Origin: Felis catus
Taxonomy: Eukaryota
Direction of reading: 5' to 3'
DNA length: 64,000 bases
Assembly (NCBI RefSeq): GCF_018350175.1
Contig: NC_058368.1
Coordinates: 60,390,001-60,454,000, forward strand
Shown: positions 51,980 through 64,000 of the stretch, piece by piece
Numbering within the stretch: position 1 is the stretch's first letter
How the letters are laid out: every line of letters starts with the position of its first letter
Position numbers and translations under genes: made by a program
The notes under the pieces: generated by a model
What the model saw: only the letters and a program-made list of their open reading frames with translations
Told to the model about the DNA's origin: nothing
Databases searched by the model: none

Positions 51980-53194
51980 AAAGACTACTACAGCATCTAT
52001 AAGAAGAAATATACAGGGGAATTTTCACATTTGAAGACAAATAGTAGTGAAACACCAAGTCAATAGGTCAAAATGAAGAAAAATAATAAATAAACAAGGC
52101 AGACTAAAACTCTACTGGACAATTCCTAAAGTGTAGGAACAAGAAAAATTTAAATAAGCTCTTTACTATAAGTGAGTTAGAATTGAGAAACACTGGAAAA
52201 TGTAAGGAAAAGGAGGTTCTCAGATACATAAAACCAATTTATAAGTGGAAAGAAATAAAAAAAAATTAAAGAAGTGCAAAAATAAATGAACAAAAACAAT
52301 AAAATCTGCAAATAATGCAATATTATTCCATATACATACACAGAATGGGCCAGAAAAAAAAAGGCCTGTGTTTTTTAGGAAGAATATATGTATTTCCATT
52401 GACAATCTATATACCCCATTAACTTCTTATTTAATTTACTGTGGTTTGTCGTTACATTTCTGCATTGCATAGTAAGTGATTTTGAGATATATGTGTCCTT
52501 TACATGTCAAATTCAAGCCATTATATACAGGGAGCTGTTTCTTGAAAAGATTACATGACAAAACACCTCATCAATTCTCTTTAAAAATTAGGCATTAACT
52601 CAAATGGAAAGGGTTAAGCAAAAAGGAAGAAAATTGGAAAAGGTTGTGCCAGAGAAGCTTCTTGACAAGCCATTCAATCATCTTCCCTATCTCTGTGGGA
52701 TCATATTAAAAATAAGATCTCCAAAATTGAGAAGGGTGATTTGTATTAGGTACAAGTTTTGTTAATAAGGTTGTCATCCATTCAATACCTTCAAACAATT
52801 GTTGGGAGGTGGTTAGTATTACTAAGGGGCATGAAGGCAACAATTTAGGAACTGAACATCATTCTAAGTTACTGCCCCATAACATTACAGTCAGCAGTAA
52901 TGCCTTCTTTAATTTTTAAAGTATATTTATAAAATTTTATGATAAAACATATTTTTAATTACTCTGCACCATTTAGAAATTAGCAAACAACTAAGCACAC
53001 GTTCCAATCTCAAAACCTCAATCTAGTGAGGATGTTAGAGTCTATTAATAAATCGACACAACTTATAATAATAATTATTGTGTTGAAATCTATATTTCTT
53101 GTCTTTCTTAAGTGGCATTGTGTTTTTATGAAAGGGGCTACAAATAAATTTGAAAACATTTAAATCACTTTTGAACACAAGTACTAATTTAGCT

Positions 53195-53442
53195 AATAAT
53201 TATTGAGTGTTTGCCAAGTGCCAAATACCATTCTAAGCATTTAAATTCACTATACAGTTATAACTATTAAATAAGAAAACAACCCAATAACAAAAAGAGC
53301 TATTATTATCCTCTTTTCCCATTAAACAACTTAGAGACAGTAAATCATTCTCTCAAGTTCATGAAGAAATTAATTGGCAAAGCCAATGCTGAAACCCACA
53401 TCTGCCTGTCCCAAATGTTCTGCTTTTAAATACTTCATTATA
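53195..53442 (-). mobile_element. MIR
   Basis: attgagtgtttgccaagtgccaaataccattctaagcattt...tattattatcc pattern of a reverse MIR. Confidence 0.6.
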
Positions 53443-54120
53443 TAGATGCCAAATTTTATTTTGTTTTTATCATCCTGCCTACATGATTTTTTACTTTAAA
53501 TTGCTACCTTTCTGAAACATAAAATTCCATTTCATATAGATGAAGGCGACAGAATTGATGAACTGCCAATGAAGATTATGCCAAAAAATATTTTCTCCCT
53601 AAGAGTGTATAAATTTGTACTGCTCTTTCCTCTGTCATCAGTGTTCTCTTTGTGACCAAGGGCATAAGTTAGAAGTAGACTGCCTCATGTTATGTTGAAG
53701 TTTATAGTTCCGTCCATGACTGGTGAACAATGGACATTTAATTACAATAGAGTTGGAACTCAAGACTTCAATTATATTAACATTGTGCTCTAGTCTATGG
53801 GGACTTTTTTTAGTACAAACATTCACTACAAATGAAGAGACAAAGTGCTGTTTCCTGAGATAGCCTAATCAGATTCTATTTGAATTAAGATACTCAAAAA
53901 ATTATCTGATTACTTATTAAAACAAGGATAAAGTATGTGGGGTACACAGAGCATCATCATCCACGTGTAATCATCTTGTATATACTACCACTGGATTTCA
54001 ATAATATTTTTGAAATGTTAGAAAGAAAAATTTTGAGAATTTGCATGTTTTCTAGATCAGATAGCTTTATGAAGGAAAGTTTCATACATTTCCAAAGCTC
54101 TTAAAATCTGAACTTGTTCA

Positions 54121-54340
54121 GGGGCGCCTGGGTGGTGCAGTCGGTTAAGCGTCCGACTTCAGCCAGGTCACGATCTTGCGGTCTGTGAGTTCGAGCCCCG
54201 CGTCACGCTCTGGGCTGACGGCTTGGAGCCTGTTTCCGATTCTGTGTCTCCCTCTCTCTCTGCCCCTCCCCCGTTCATGCTCTGTCTCTCTCTGTCCCAA
54301 AAATAAAATAAAAAACGTTGAAAAGTAAAAATTTAAAAAA
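54121..54340 (+). mobile_element. Young felid CAN SINE
   Basis: Perfect 18-bp TSD aaaatctgaacttgttca at 54103-54120 and 54341-54358; CpG-rich. Confidence 0.96.
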
Positions 54341-55363
54341 AAAATCTGAACTTGTTCAAATAAGTATATTTTATTCAAGACTATAAGGTTGGATGAAAAT
54401 GTAAAAAAAAAAGTCAGATATTTTTAGTGATTTAAATATTCATGATTTAAAATTAAATGTTCAACTTAATTGCTTTATACTCCATAGGGATTTTAGTAAT
54501 CTGTACATTACTTAGCATCTTTCTGCATCCCATAAGGCAGTCAGAAAAACAACAACATGAATACATCTTGGTCTTGTATATCCAAACAATTCCCAATGTT
54601 GCTGGAAAATAGTTGTGCCTCTAACAGACAATGAGTTGTAAAAGGAAATATTGCAGTTTTCCTGAAATCTGTTAGAGAATGATCATACTGAAAGGTTCCA
54701 AACCTTTAAATTTATCTTGGTGTTTCATTTGAACCACACTATGAAAGGCAGTAAGTTTCATAATTTACTACCTGCTGTTAGGTAATATTTGTGATTTTCT
54801 TTCTTTGAAACTTCAAGTGATTTTCTTTATTTTTAATATTTTCTACATCATGTTTCTTTCTTCTTAGCCAGTTTTTTAAGCTACTGGAATTTACATGAAG
54901 TATTTATATATTCTGTCATGACTTGTCTGTCTTCTTCCCACACCTGTCACTTGTCTGACTAGGTGAACAGATGACTTTGTCTTCTTCATTACCCTCTAGA
55001 ACACCGTCAAATTCTCCTAGAATAACCTAGTGGGTTTGCATCAATCTGAACCATGTACCGTTATGCACTCAGCTGCTATCCCCAATTTTCTCTTTTACCA
55101 CCCATTTTCATTTTCTTGTTCTCTGTATGGAGTCTATTCTTTCTACAAAGACATTACTAACTCTCTGAAAATGGCTCTGGTCTTAATAATTTAAAACCCT
55201 TCTTCTTTTCTTCCAAAATTGAAACATTGAAACTAAGAGAAAAGAAAGATTCTCTTAAAAAACAATATCCTATCTCTAGTTCACATTAGAAAAGGAAAAA
55301 GAAAGAGAGAATTCAGGGCACAGAAATTTCTTCTATTATTTGATATAAGGACAAAGGGGCAAG

Positions 55364-55365
<2 letters not shown>

Positions 55366-55412
<47 letters not shown>

Positions 55413-55468
55413 TATATATACACACACACACACACACACATATATATACACACATATATATGTATGTA
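55366..55468. repeat. Compound (TA)n/(CA)n microsatellite
   Basis: Seen directly. Confidence 0.95.
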
Positions 55469-55710
55469 TTGTTGAGCCTTATTATACATATGTACATATA
55501 TTATAACAGCTTCTTAAAAGTAATACAAGTTAAAATATGAAAACATAAGCAATACACTCTCTAATTAGAAGCAAAATTATACATACTAATCCTCTTTTCT
55601 TCTTCAAATATATATTCCCACTCATTTCTTCATTTCTTGTAATGATTTTTTTCTTTTTACAATGTAATATTTTCTGTCTTTCCTTGTGTATTTTATTATA
55701 AACTGACTTT

Positions 55711-55922
55711 AATTTTTTAATATTTATTTATTTTTGAGAGAGAGAGAGAGAGAGAGCAAGACTGGGGGAGGGGCAGAGAAAGAGGGAGACACAGAATCTG
55801 AGCAGATTCCAGGCTCTGAGCTGTCAACACAGAGCTCGATGTGGGACTTGAACTCATGTACTGCGAGATCATGACCTGAACCAAAGTTGGACACTTAACC
55901 AACTGAGCCAGCCAGGCGCCCC
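55711..55922 (-). mobile_element. CAN SINE
   Basis: Reverse head ...ccaggcgcccc; TSD ataaactga(c/g)ttt. Confidence 0.92.
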
Positions 55923-58046
55923 TAACATAAACTGAGTTTAATTAAAAAACTACTTTTCCAGGTTATTAAAAAAGTATCTAAGTAAAAGATTTCAAATGAA
56001 ATCACAGGAGTAAACTAATCAGAATTTAGAATTTATCATTTTCCTCTAGCACAATTTCATATTTAACTTTGCTGCTGTCATGAAAAGTAATAACATAAAT
56101 CACAGTAAAAATGTTTAATAAGTAATATTCTTAGAGTACATTTCATGATCAAATGCAAATATATAAATTTCTAATATGGGTTAGTAGAACAAAAATCATC
56201 TAAAAACTAGGAGCCTATTTTCTAATATCTTTATGATGTTTATTGGATTAATTGATCAAAAAACATAAATCTACATTTAAATATTTTAATAATTCTGTGT
56301 GTGATATGAGACTATAAAAATAATTTTATGGAATTAAAATTTACCATCTTGTGAATATTTTTATTGATGATTATAGATATAATTACACAATTAGATAATT
56401 ATACCATAAATATAATTTGATAAAGTTATTGAACTCCTATATGAGAGAAATCAGTATTTGACCAGATTTAGAAATACATATGCTTTAAAATTTATGTCAT
56501 ATTCATATGCATACCAAGAGCTTTCCTAAAGCATTTAACTAAACTATCATTACTGGTCATGGTCTGCAATTAAACAAACACTGGTTTTCTCTTTGAATGT
56601 TCACAATTTACTGAAGACATACTGTTATATTAATTTTTTCATAGCACTGACTCTTTTCCCTCAGCTTTCATGACATACATCACCAGATTATATCTGAACT
56701 AAATGTTTTTTGGCATAAAGTCAATTGCCAAGGGAATTGGCAATGATTATATTTTTTCCTTCCAAGGAAAAAAGAAATAGAATACAAATAAGAAGGGAAA
56801 GAAGATGGAATGCTGATGGGTTTCAGTGGTGTGAGAACATTCACAATTGATATGGCCACCGGTATAGTAACAGATGACAGAAGTGCCTGTTAGAAATCTA
56901 TGGAATCAGCAACGCATAATGCCGAGTACTCGTGACTTAAAGATTTTTGGCATCAGAGTCAATTGTTTCTGTTGATCCCTTAGTTTAATGTGTTGTTATT
57001 TCATGCTCAGTGTGATGGATATTTATCTCAGGAGCTCAACTGAGGTCGAAAAGAGAAAACAGAGCTACCAGGTATTGGAGTAGCCAATTGAAACATGTCA
57101 AAAATGAAACAGTTAAGCCTTCAACCACTTGCTGCAATGGTATAAACAGGAATCTAAAACCAGAGGAAGTGCTGACTCCTCTTATTCCATTTTTCTCCAC
57201 AGAATGGCATATAGGTTGAGGGTCATGTAGATCCACATGGATGGAGGAGTCAACCCAATGTTGAGGCAGTCCTGAACAAGAAGTTTCAGCAGTTTTATGG
57301 ATTCAGGAGTGGGAGCAGTGGGGAGGGGAAGGGAAAAGCTAGGAGTGAAAGAATATTGGGTGCTGAGTCAGGGGGTGAAAGAGAATGTCTTCAAGACTTT
57401 ACCCCTCTCTCCTCCATAAAGCAGCCTCGACAGAGGTACTCAAGAAGACCTCTACCCAAGACCTAAGGTAAAGAAACCTAGGAATGGAGCCCAGGGGCAG
57501 GGAAGGCAAAGCTACCTTGAGCCTGACTGGCAGAGGGCCTGAATCCTTGACTACAGCACCCCTCTGAGACAGCAGTGTACCCTGCTCTAGTTTTCCTCTT
57601 TATTATTCCCTGTAGTTGGGCCTGGAAAAAACCCAAAAAACAAAAAAACAGGTTTCTAACCAGTAGCTGGACTCCTCCTTTACATTAGTGATATCTGTCT
57701 GATTGTGAGAACCATGTGAAATGTAACTGTTAGCCCTATAGAATGGTGTGGTTGACAGCCTGCTCCAGGGGCGTCTCCAAATGACACTTTAGAAGTGTGG
57801 ATCAAAATGAAATCCTTACAGATAAAAGAGGGCAATTAAATAGAAAAATAAAGGTATCTAATAAGTTGTATGTTTTTATGCTTCTGGATGCATGGGCTTC
57901 TTTCAATTCTCTGGAAAATCTAGGACTGTCAGTAATTACTCCACATTGCCTCTCATTTTTGAGAAAAAGATGAGAGAAGGAGAAAGGAAGGGAAACACAC
58001 CAAGGGAAGAAAAAGTGGATCAGGAAGTTAATATTATGATTGTGTA

Positions 58047-58249
58047 GGGGTGCCTGGTGGCTCAGTTGGTTAAGTGTCCGAGTCTTGATTTCATCGCAGG
58101 TAATGATCTCGTGGTTCATGACTTCATGAGTTCGAGCCCCATGTCAGGCTCTGCACTGACACCGTGGAGCCTACTTGGAATTCTCTCTCTCCTTCTCTCT
58201 GCCTCTCCCCCACTCTCTTTCTTTCTCAAAATAATTAATTAAAAAAAAA
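58047..58249 (+). mobile_element. CAN SINE
   Basis: Head and tail; TSD gattg(t/g)gta; small internal duplication of ttcatga. Confidence 0.9.
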
Positions 58250-58999
58250 GATTGGGTAATAAATTATTTTCAAGTTTATCTTAAGAGAGAACAAAAGGAA
58301 CCAGGGCATGCTATATTAGATAGGCCATAATTTAAGAATTGATAATAGTGTGAAAAGGATTCTATACTAATAAAAATAAATTTCAAGTGAGTGCCCCTGA
58401 GTGCAAGAAAGTTACTATAGAATTGGTTTTTTATTCTCCCTTTTATAGTAACTTTCTGAAGTCTATGGGAAATTCATTAAATATGAGTTCAATTGCCTAT
58501 GTCTTATGTTCAGGCTCTTGGTCACCGTATAGTTGAGTGACAGTTGGAGAATCCTTTGTCCAGACATAAGAATCCCAAGAATGAGAATAACCATATGCAC
58601 TTATTATATATGTGTGTTTATAAATATATATCCTGGTTCCTATAGCCCCACACATGGGATGGATAAAACAAAACAGAGCTTCTGGTGGCCACTGAAGGGA
58701 TGTGGATTCTAGGAGAAGAGAGCCAACAAGGCTGCCAGGGCATCCTTTGAGGCAGGCTAATGCAAATCTGGACGATAAACTCTGTTTTCAGGGAGTGGGG
58801 GCATGGAGATCGTCTATAACAGCCAGTACAGTTGAATCCCACTCTGAGGACATTGCCCACCTGCATCCCACTGTTGCCTAGGTGAACGACTAAGGATTTG
58901 GAAGTAGCTTGTCTTCCCTGGGGAATCTCCACTGACAGGTGTTACTAAGTTACGGAGAAAAGACAACCAGAAATGAAATGAGCCTGAGGGATTGTTTTT

Positions 59000-59212
59000 A
59001 AAATTTTTTTAATGTTTATTTATTTTTGAGAGACATAGAGAGACAGAGCATGAGCTAGGGAGGGACAGAGAGGGAGACACAGAATTGGAAGCAGGCTCCA
59101 GGCTCTGAGCTGTCAGCATAGAGCCTGACACGGGGCTCAAACCCATGAACTGTGAGATCATGACCTGAGCTGAAGCCGGATGTTTAACTGACTGAGCCAC
59201 CCAGGCGCTCCC
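59000..59212 (-). mobile_element. CAN SINE
   Basis: Reverse body; flanked by gagggattg...tttttaaa on both sides. Confidence 0.92.
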
Positions 59213-59830
59213 GAGGGATTGATTGTTTTTAAATGTTTCCACAGAAAATCAGGATAAAATATAAATTAATTTTATATTATTTTTATAATAATCAGAACAG
59301 TACATTTAGCCTTATATTGACCCCAACATAAATACTTAAAATTATTTAAAATCACCTTTTATGAAATGCTTTAAATGGTTTTAAAAGATTAGAATATATC
59401 ATATTTAGTTTGATAGGTGCTTCGTCCTGTGGAAGTGGATCTTTATGTAATGGTCTGAAAAGCTACTATTCCACCATTTTCAGTTTTTGGAAGATCAGCA
59501 TTATGAATAACTTCAACAGATAAACAGTGATATTTCAGTCTTATACACTTACGCACCTTAAGTACTCTTTCCAAGAGTCTCAGTCCTGTTCACCATCTCT
59601 ATAGCAATGAGTATGTGCTGGCTTATAGACATTCTTTAGGTTTATTTCAAAACAGTACATTTAACATAGTTTTCTTTTCTCTCTCCATATTGCTCTCTTT
59701 TTGTATTCTATATAACACAAAGTTTGAGTACATCAGACATGATGTAAAAATATGAAACAGGTTATATATACTAGTCAGTGCCTTGAACTTTTTTGAAGAA
59801 TTTACTTGTATAACGTACAGAGAGCTTTCT

Positions 59831-60063
59831 TTTTTTTTTTTTTTTAATTTTTTTTCTTAACGTTTATTTATTTTTGAGACAGAGAGAGAGACACAGCATG
59901 AACAGGGAGGTGCAGAGAGAGAGGGAGACCCAGACTCTGAAACAGGCTCCAGGCTCTGAGCTGTCAGCACAGAGCCCAACACGGGGCTCGAACTCACGGA
60001 CTGTGAGATCATGACCTGAACCGAAGTCAGACGCTTAACCGACGGAGCCACTCAGGCACCCCC
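59831..60063 (-). mobile_element. CAN SINE
   Basis: Long T-tail; TSD agagagctttct at 59819-59830 and 60064-60075. Confidence 0.94.
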
Positions 60064-60354
60064 AGAGAGCTTTCTAAAATGTAAGATACTTCATTTGATA
60101 TATGGAAAAATTTATGCAATTATATTACAAAAATTAGCAGTTTACAGACTTAAAAGTTCCAGAAGTAGTTCTAAACCTGAATAAAACAGAGGAGCAAATA
60201 TACTAGAATAAATTTCAAATTGGCGAATGACCTTAATTTTAAATGTAAAATCATTAAAATAACACAGGGAAAAAATAAGTAAATATTGCTTTAATTTTTC
60301 TAAGCATGACTCCAAAAGCAAATAGCATGAAAAAGATAAGCTATATGTAAATAA

Positions 60355-60495
60355 GCGATTTGTGGGGTCAAGCCCCGTGCTGGGCTCTGTGTTGACAGCT
60401 CGGAGCCTGGATCCTGCTTCAGATTCTGTGTCTCCCTCTCTCTCTGTTCATACTCTATGTCTCTCTCTCTAAAATAAATAAACATTTTAAAAAAA
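60355..60495 (+). mobile_element. 5'-truncated CAN SINE
   Basis: Starts mid-body (tgtggggtcaagccccgtg), CT tract and tail present. Confidence 0.85.
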
Positions 60496-62001
60496 CACAC
60501 ATAAATATGTGTTTTCTTGATGCAAAAAATCTCTTCAAATCAGTAAAAGTGAGGCAACCAATAAAATACATAAGTTAGATGAATAAGCTATTCCTAAGAA
60601 ATACATGAAACTATTTTAAACTTAATTTTTCAAAAAAAGTAAAATAACACTGTCATCATTTCTTCTTCCTATCATATTAAATATTGGGTATTAAATACTA
60701 AGTGTTGGGTATATATATTAAATGTTGGGTACAGCTCAGGTGAAGGCCCATTTCATGTACAGACATGGAAACATGAATATCAATATAAACAAATAAAGAA
60801 GTTTGTACATTCTTATATGTACAACTTTAAGAACATATTGTAAAAATATAAATAAAATGTTGACAAAGTCTTAAATTTAAAGATTTTCCCATCTTAATGA
60901 TAATCATTGTAGCAACAAAACACAAGTTTCTTAAACAAATTGGGAGTAATTTATAAAACAAATGATGGTATTTCAGGGTAATGAGTCTTTAAAAGTGGTG
61001 TAGCAGAAGCATTCTCTTTACATGGAGTATGTTAACTGATTTTATATGTATTTTGAGTTAGAAACACATTACAAAAAGTTATAATACATTTTTTGTCTAT
61101 AAGTAGGACCTATGCCAAATACTATCAGTGTTTTCATACATAGTAAATTTATACTGAATTTGCTTTTTTTAAATTCTGTGTTTTACAGTTTGTCTGCAAC
61201 ATGTTTTCTTTTACAATAAAATGTATTTTGGTCCAAACAACAACAAAAGTATTTAGTGTAGATTATCCTTAAGAATATTTTTAAATGTATTAAATAAAAA
61301 TTTATTGAATTACTGTTTTAAAATCAGATTGTGCCAGAGAGCTAATTTTTCAGAGTAGGTAACAGGAGAAACATTACACTTAGAATTTAACTGTTTAAAC
61401 TGTAAGCATTTGAAGATCATTAAATACGGTCAGAAAGGGGTAATACATAAAAACTCAGTGCACTAATTACAATCAGTACAGCCACGCAGCAATCACAAAG
61501 AACACACGTGCTATCACTTTTTGACTGAAAAATGATGAATATGGGCCTAACATAAGTGTCAATCCTGTAGCTAGGACAATTTTCCTAACATAAATAATTA
61601 TGGATATTAGCTGTCCTTAATACTAGTTATCAAAAGTGACACAGGCCTTGTGTGTACAAGTGGAAGGGGAAGATAAAGTGCCTGGTAAGGTAAATTATAT
61701 CACACGTAATAAAAAAGGATAGATTATTGAGTTTACTGAAATAAATCAAATGAAATCATATGATTTCAATATATGTTTTGTTTCAGAAAGTAATCCTATT
61801 TTACCATTTGTAAAAATAATTTATTGAAATACAACTATTCCCTGTGAGTGCAAGATAAACATTGAGACGTTTTAACAACACAAGTTTTCAGGCCATTTAG
61901 TAATTCTCAGATTTTTATTAGGAAATTGTGTGTAACTGTTTTTTAAAGGAATCAGAAAGGTAGAATAACTTAAATGCTCATTAAAAAAAACACACCACAT
62001 T

Positions 62002-62240
62002 GGGGTACCTGGGTGGCTCAGTTGGTTGAGCAACCAACTTTAGCCCGGTCATGATTTTGTGGTTCGTGAGTTCCAGTCCTACATTGGGCTCACTGCTGAC
62101 AGTGCAGAGCCTGCTTCGGATCCTGTTTTGGATCCTCTGTCCCATTCTGCCTCTGCCCCTCCCCCACTCGCATGCCTGCGTGCACACCTTCTCTCGCTCT
62201 TTCTCAAAAAATAAACATTTAATAAAAGAAAATAAAAAAC
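62002..62240 (+). mobile_element. CAN SINE
   Basis: ggggtacctgggtggctcagttggtt head, A-rich tail. Confidence 0.9.
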
Positions 62241-62639
62241 AATGCATTCCATACTAAAGCCTTGAAAATTAAGTCTTAATGTACAGTACTTTTGGTCTAT
62301 TTGTCATGGTTAGGAATATTTCAAATAAAATATTTACATTGATTTATTCATTTATAACAAACCTTTACACTTTACAGAATATAAATGTATCCCGGTGTAT
62401 TTTAAATATGCTATTCTCTATCTGATTGCTGAGTGCAGACAAATCCAAGCCTGGCCAGGAGAGTCCCCATTTTATACCTGTTGAACTATTCTGGATGTAT
62501 AATTTTAGCACTCACCCATCTTCTTTTCAATTTAATTGCCTTAGTATTAGTGTTGCATTAAAATAAACCAAGCTGGGTTTGGTAGAATTCTGCTTTGTTA
62601 AACTAGCTTCTTCCATGGTCTTTTCTAGTAGTCCCACTT

Positions 62640-62851
62640 CATTTTATTTATTTTTTTAATATATGAAATTTATTGTCAAATTGGTTTCCATACAACACCC
62701 AGTGCTCATCCCAAAAGATGCCCTCTTCAATACCCATCACCTACTCTCCTCTCCCTCCCACCCCCCATCAACCCTCAGTTTGTTCTCAGTTTTTAACAGT
62801 CTCTTATGCTTTGGCTCTCTCCCACTCTAACCTCTTTTTTTTTTCCTTCCC
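62640..62851 (-). mobile_element. Severely 5'-truncated felid L1 (~210 bp of 3' end)
   Basis: Reverse complement closely resembles 44380-44590; TSD cta(g/a)tagtcccactt at 62625-62639 and 62852-62866. Confidence 0.92.
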
Positions 62852-64000
62852 CTAATAGTCCCACTTTAAAACTTAGCTACATTCATAAAATTACCTGGGG
62901 CCATAGTTCTCTCTCTCATATGATCCCTTACAGAAAAAAGTGACCAACACTTCCCTTGGAAATATGGCCTGGTGGATCACTCACTGGTCAAAGTGTGGAC
63001 ATAAAGAACAATACATTTTTTATAATAGTTGTTTTTTTATCAAATATGTTATAAGGTAATAATCAATATAAAATATAGTCATTCAAGATATAAATGTTTT
63101 ATAGTAATATTTTCTTTTTAAAAGCTGTTAGATTTTCAAAACTTAGCTAGTTGATAATAAATTATATAGTTAACCCAGATCTATCATCATAAAAAAACTG
63201 ACATCTTGTTTTTCCTAAAGTTTGGTGTTAACAAAAATCTCTTATAAATACGTGACTACTCTTCAAAAATGAAATCAAAACTTCCTTAACTGTATTATCA
63301 AGCTATGTAGTTATTGGCATGATGTGATATGTAATTAAAACTCAAAGTAACTTATCTGTTAAAATGTTTCTAATTTTTATAATTTTAAAATTTGTTGTTT
63401 TATCATAACTTTACTTTACTTGGCAAATACACTAAATGTCTGGTGTTATCTGTTCTTTTGTATGATGACTGAAAATGAACTAAGCTTGGTACCTATTTTT
63501 TTTTCATGTCTTTAAGTACAGGGAGAGAGTTAAGACCTCTCTCATTCCTTCAACTGAGTTTTATATAAAAATGTTTTTATTAAACTTGCTTTTATTAAGG
63601 TATCTTTCCATTTGTTGCAAATGAGCAGTGAGGTGATTACAAGACAGGTGGAAAAGAGAAGGAAAAAAAACAGGTTCTGATTAGAGCAAAAGAATCTTTT
63701 TTTATATTTTCGGGGGGACTTTGCTCTACATATCAAATTCCTTTTAGAAGTAAATGACAGAGCAATTTAGAAAAGCAACTCAAATGAATTCCTATGACCT
63801 CTAACGGGCTGTAGAGAGCTAATTCAAACTGGGAAGAATTAAAGAGAAGCAAGATATAACCTTCAAATCTTGAAACTAGAAAATTGATGCCCAGGAAAAT
63901 TTGGAATTGATGATAATCCGATGTGTGGGATGCATGCCTAATGTATTTGTCATAGATCCATCTAGGATATTTAGAACAAAGTGCAAAAGCATCGCTGTGA

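Noticed and set aside
21920..62240. tRNA-like heads as tRNA genes; dispersed repeats as a CRISPR-like array
   Set aside because: All are CAN SINE heads followed by CT tracts and A-tails; spacing is irregular and there are no cas genes.

Overview
Mammalian genomic DNA, almost certainly from a cat-family carnivore (felid-type CAN SINEs and L1). It holds one gene, SLITRK5, on the + strand: a CpG-island promoter, a non-coding first exon ending at 4170, an intron (4171-6744), a single coding exon (CDS 6753-9629, 958 aa) and a poly(A) signal near 10986. The rest is AT-rich non-coding DNA. I saw no young retroelements before about 21.9 kb. After that there are about 17 CAN SINE copies, a full-length but disabled L1 (38658-44648, 14-bp target-site duplication), older L1/L2/MIR remnants, a MER47/Tigger-type DNA transposon and an MLT LTR. 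I see no new multi-gene system. The most notable unexplained structure is a ~600-bp inverted duplication (37967-38567 and 45433-46058) that brackets the L1 and looks like the scar of an inversion. Next are a splice-spanning uORF that stops 1 nt before the SLITRK5 start codon and an ORF0-like antisense ORF in the L1 5' UTR. Repeat family names come from recognising consensus sequences by eye, and boundaries of old repeats are approximate.
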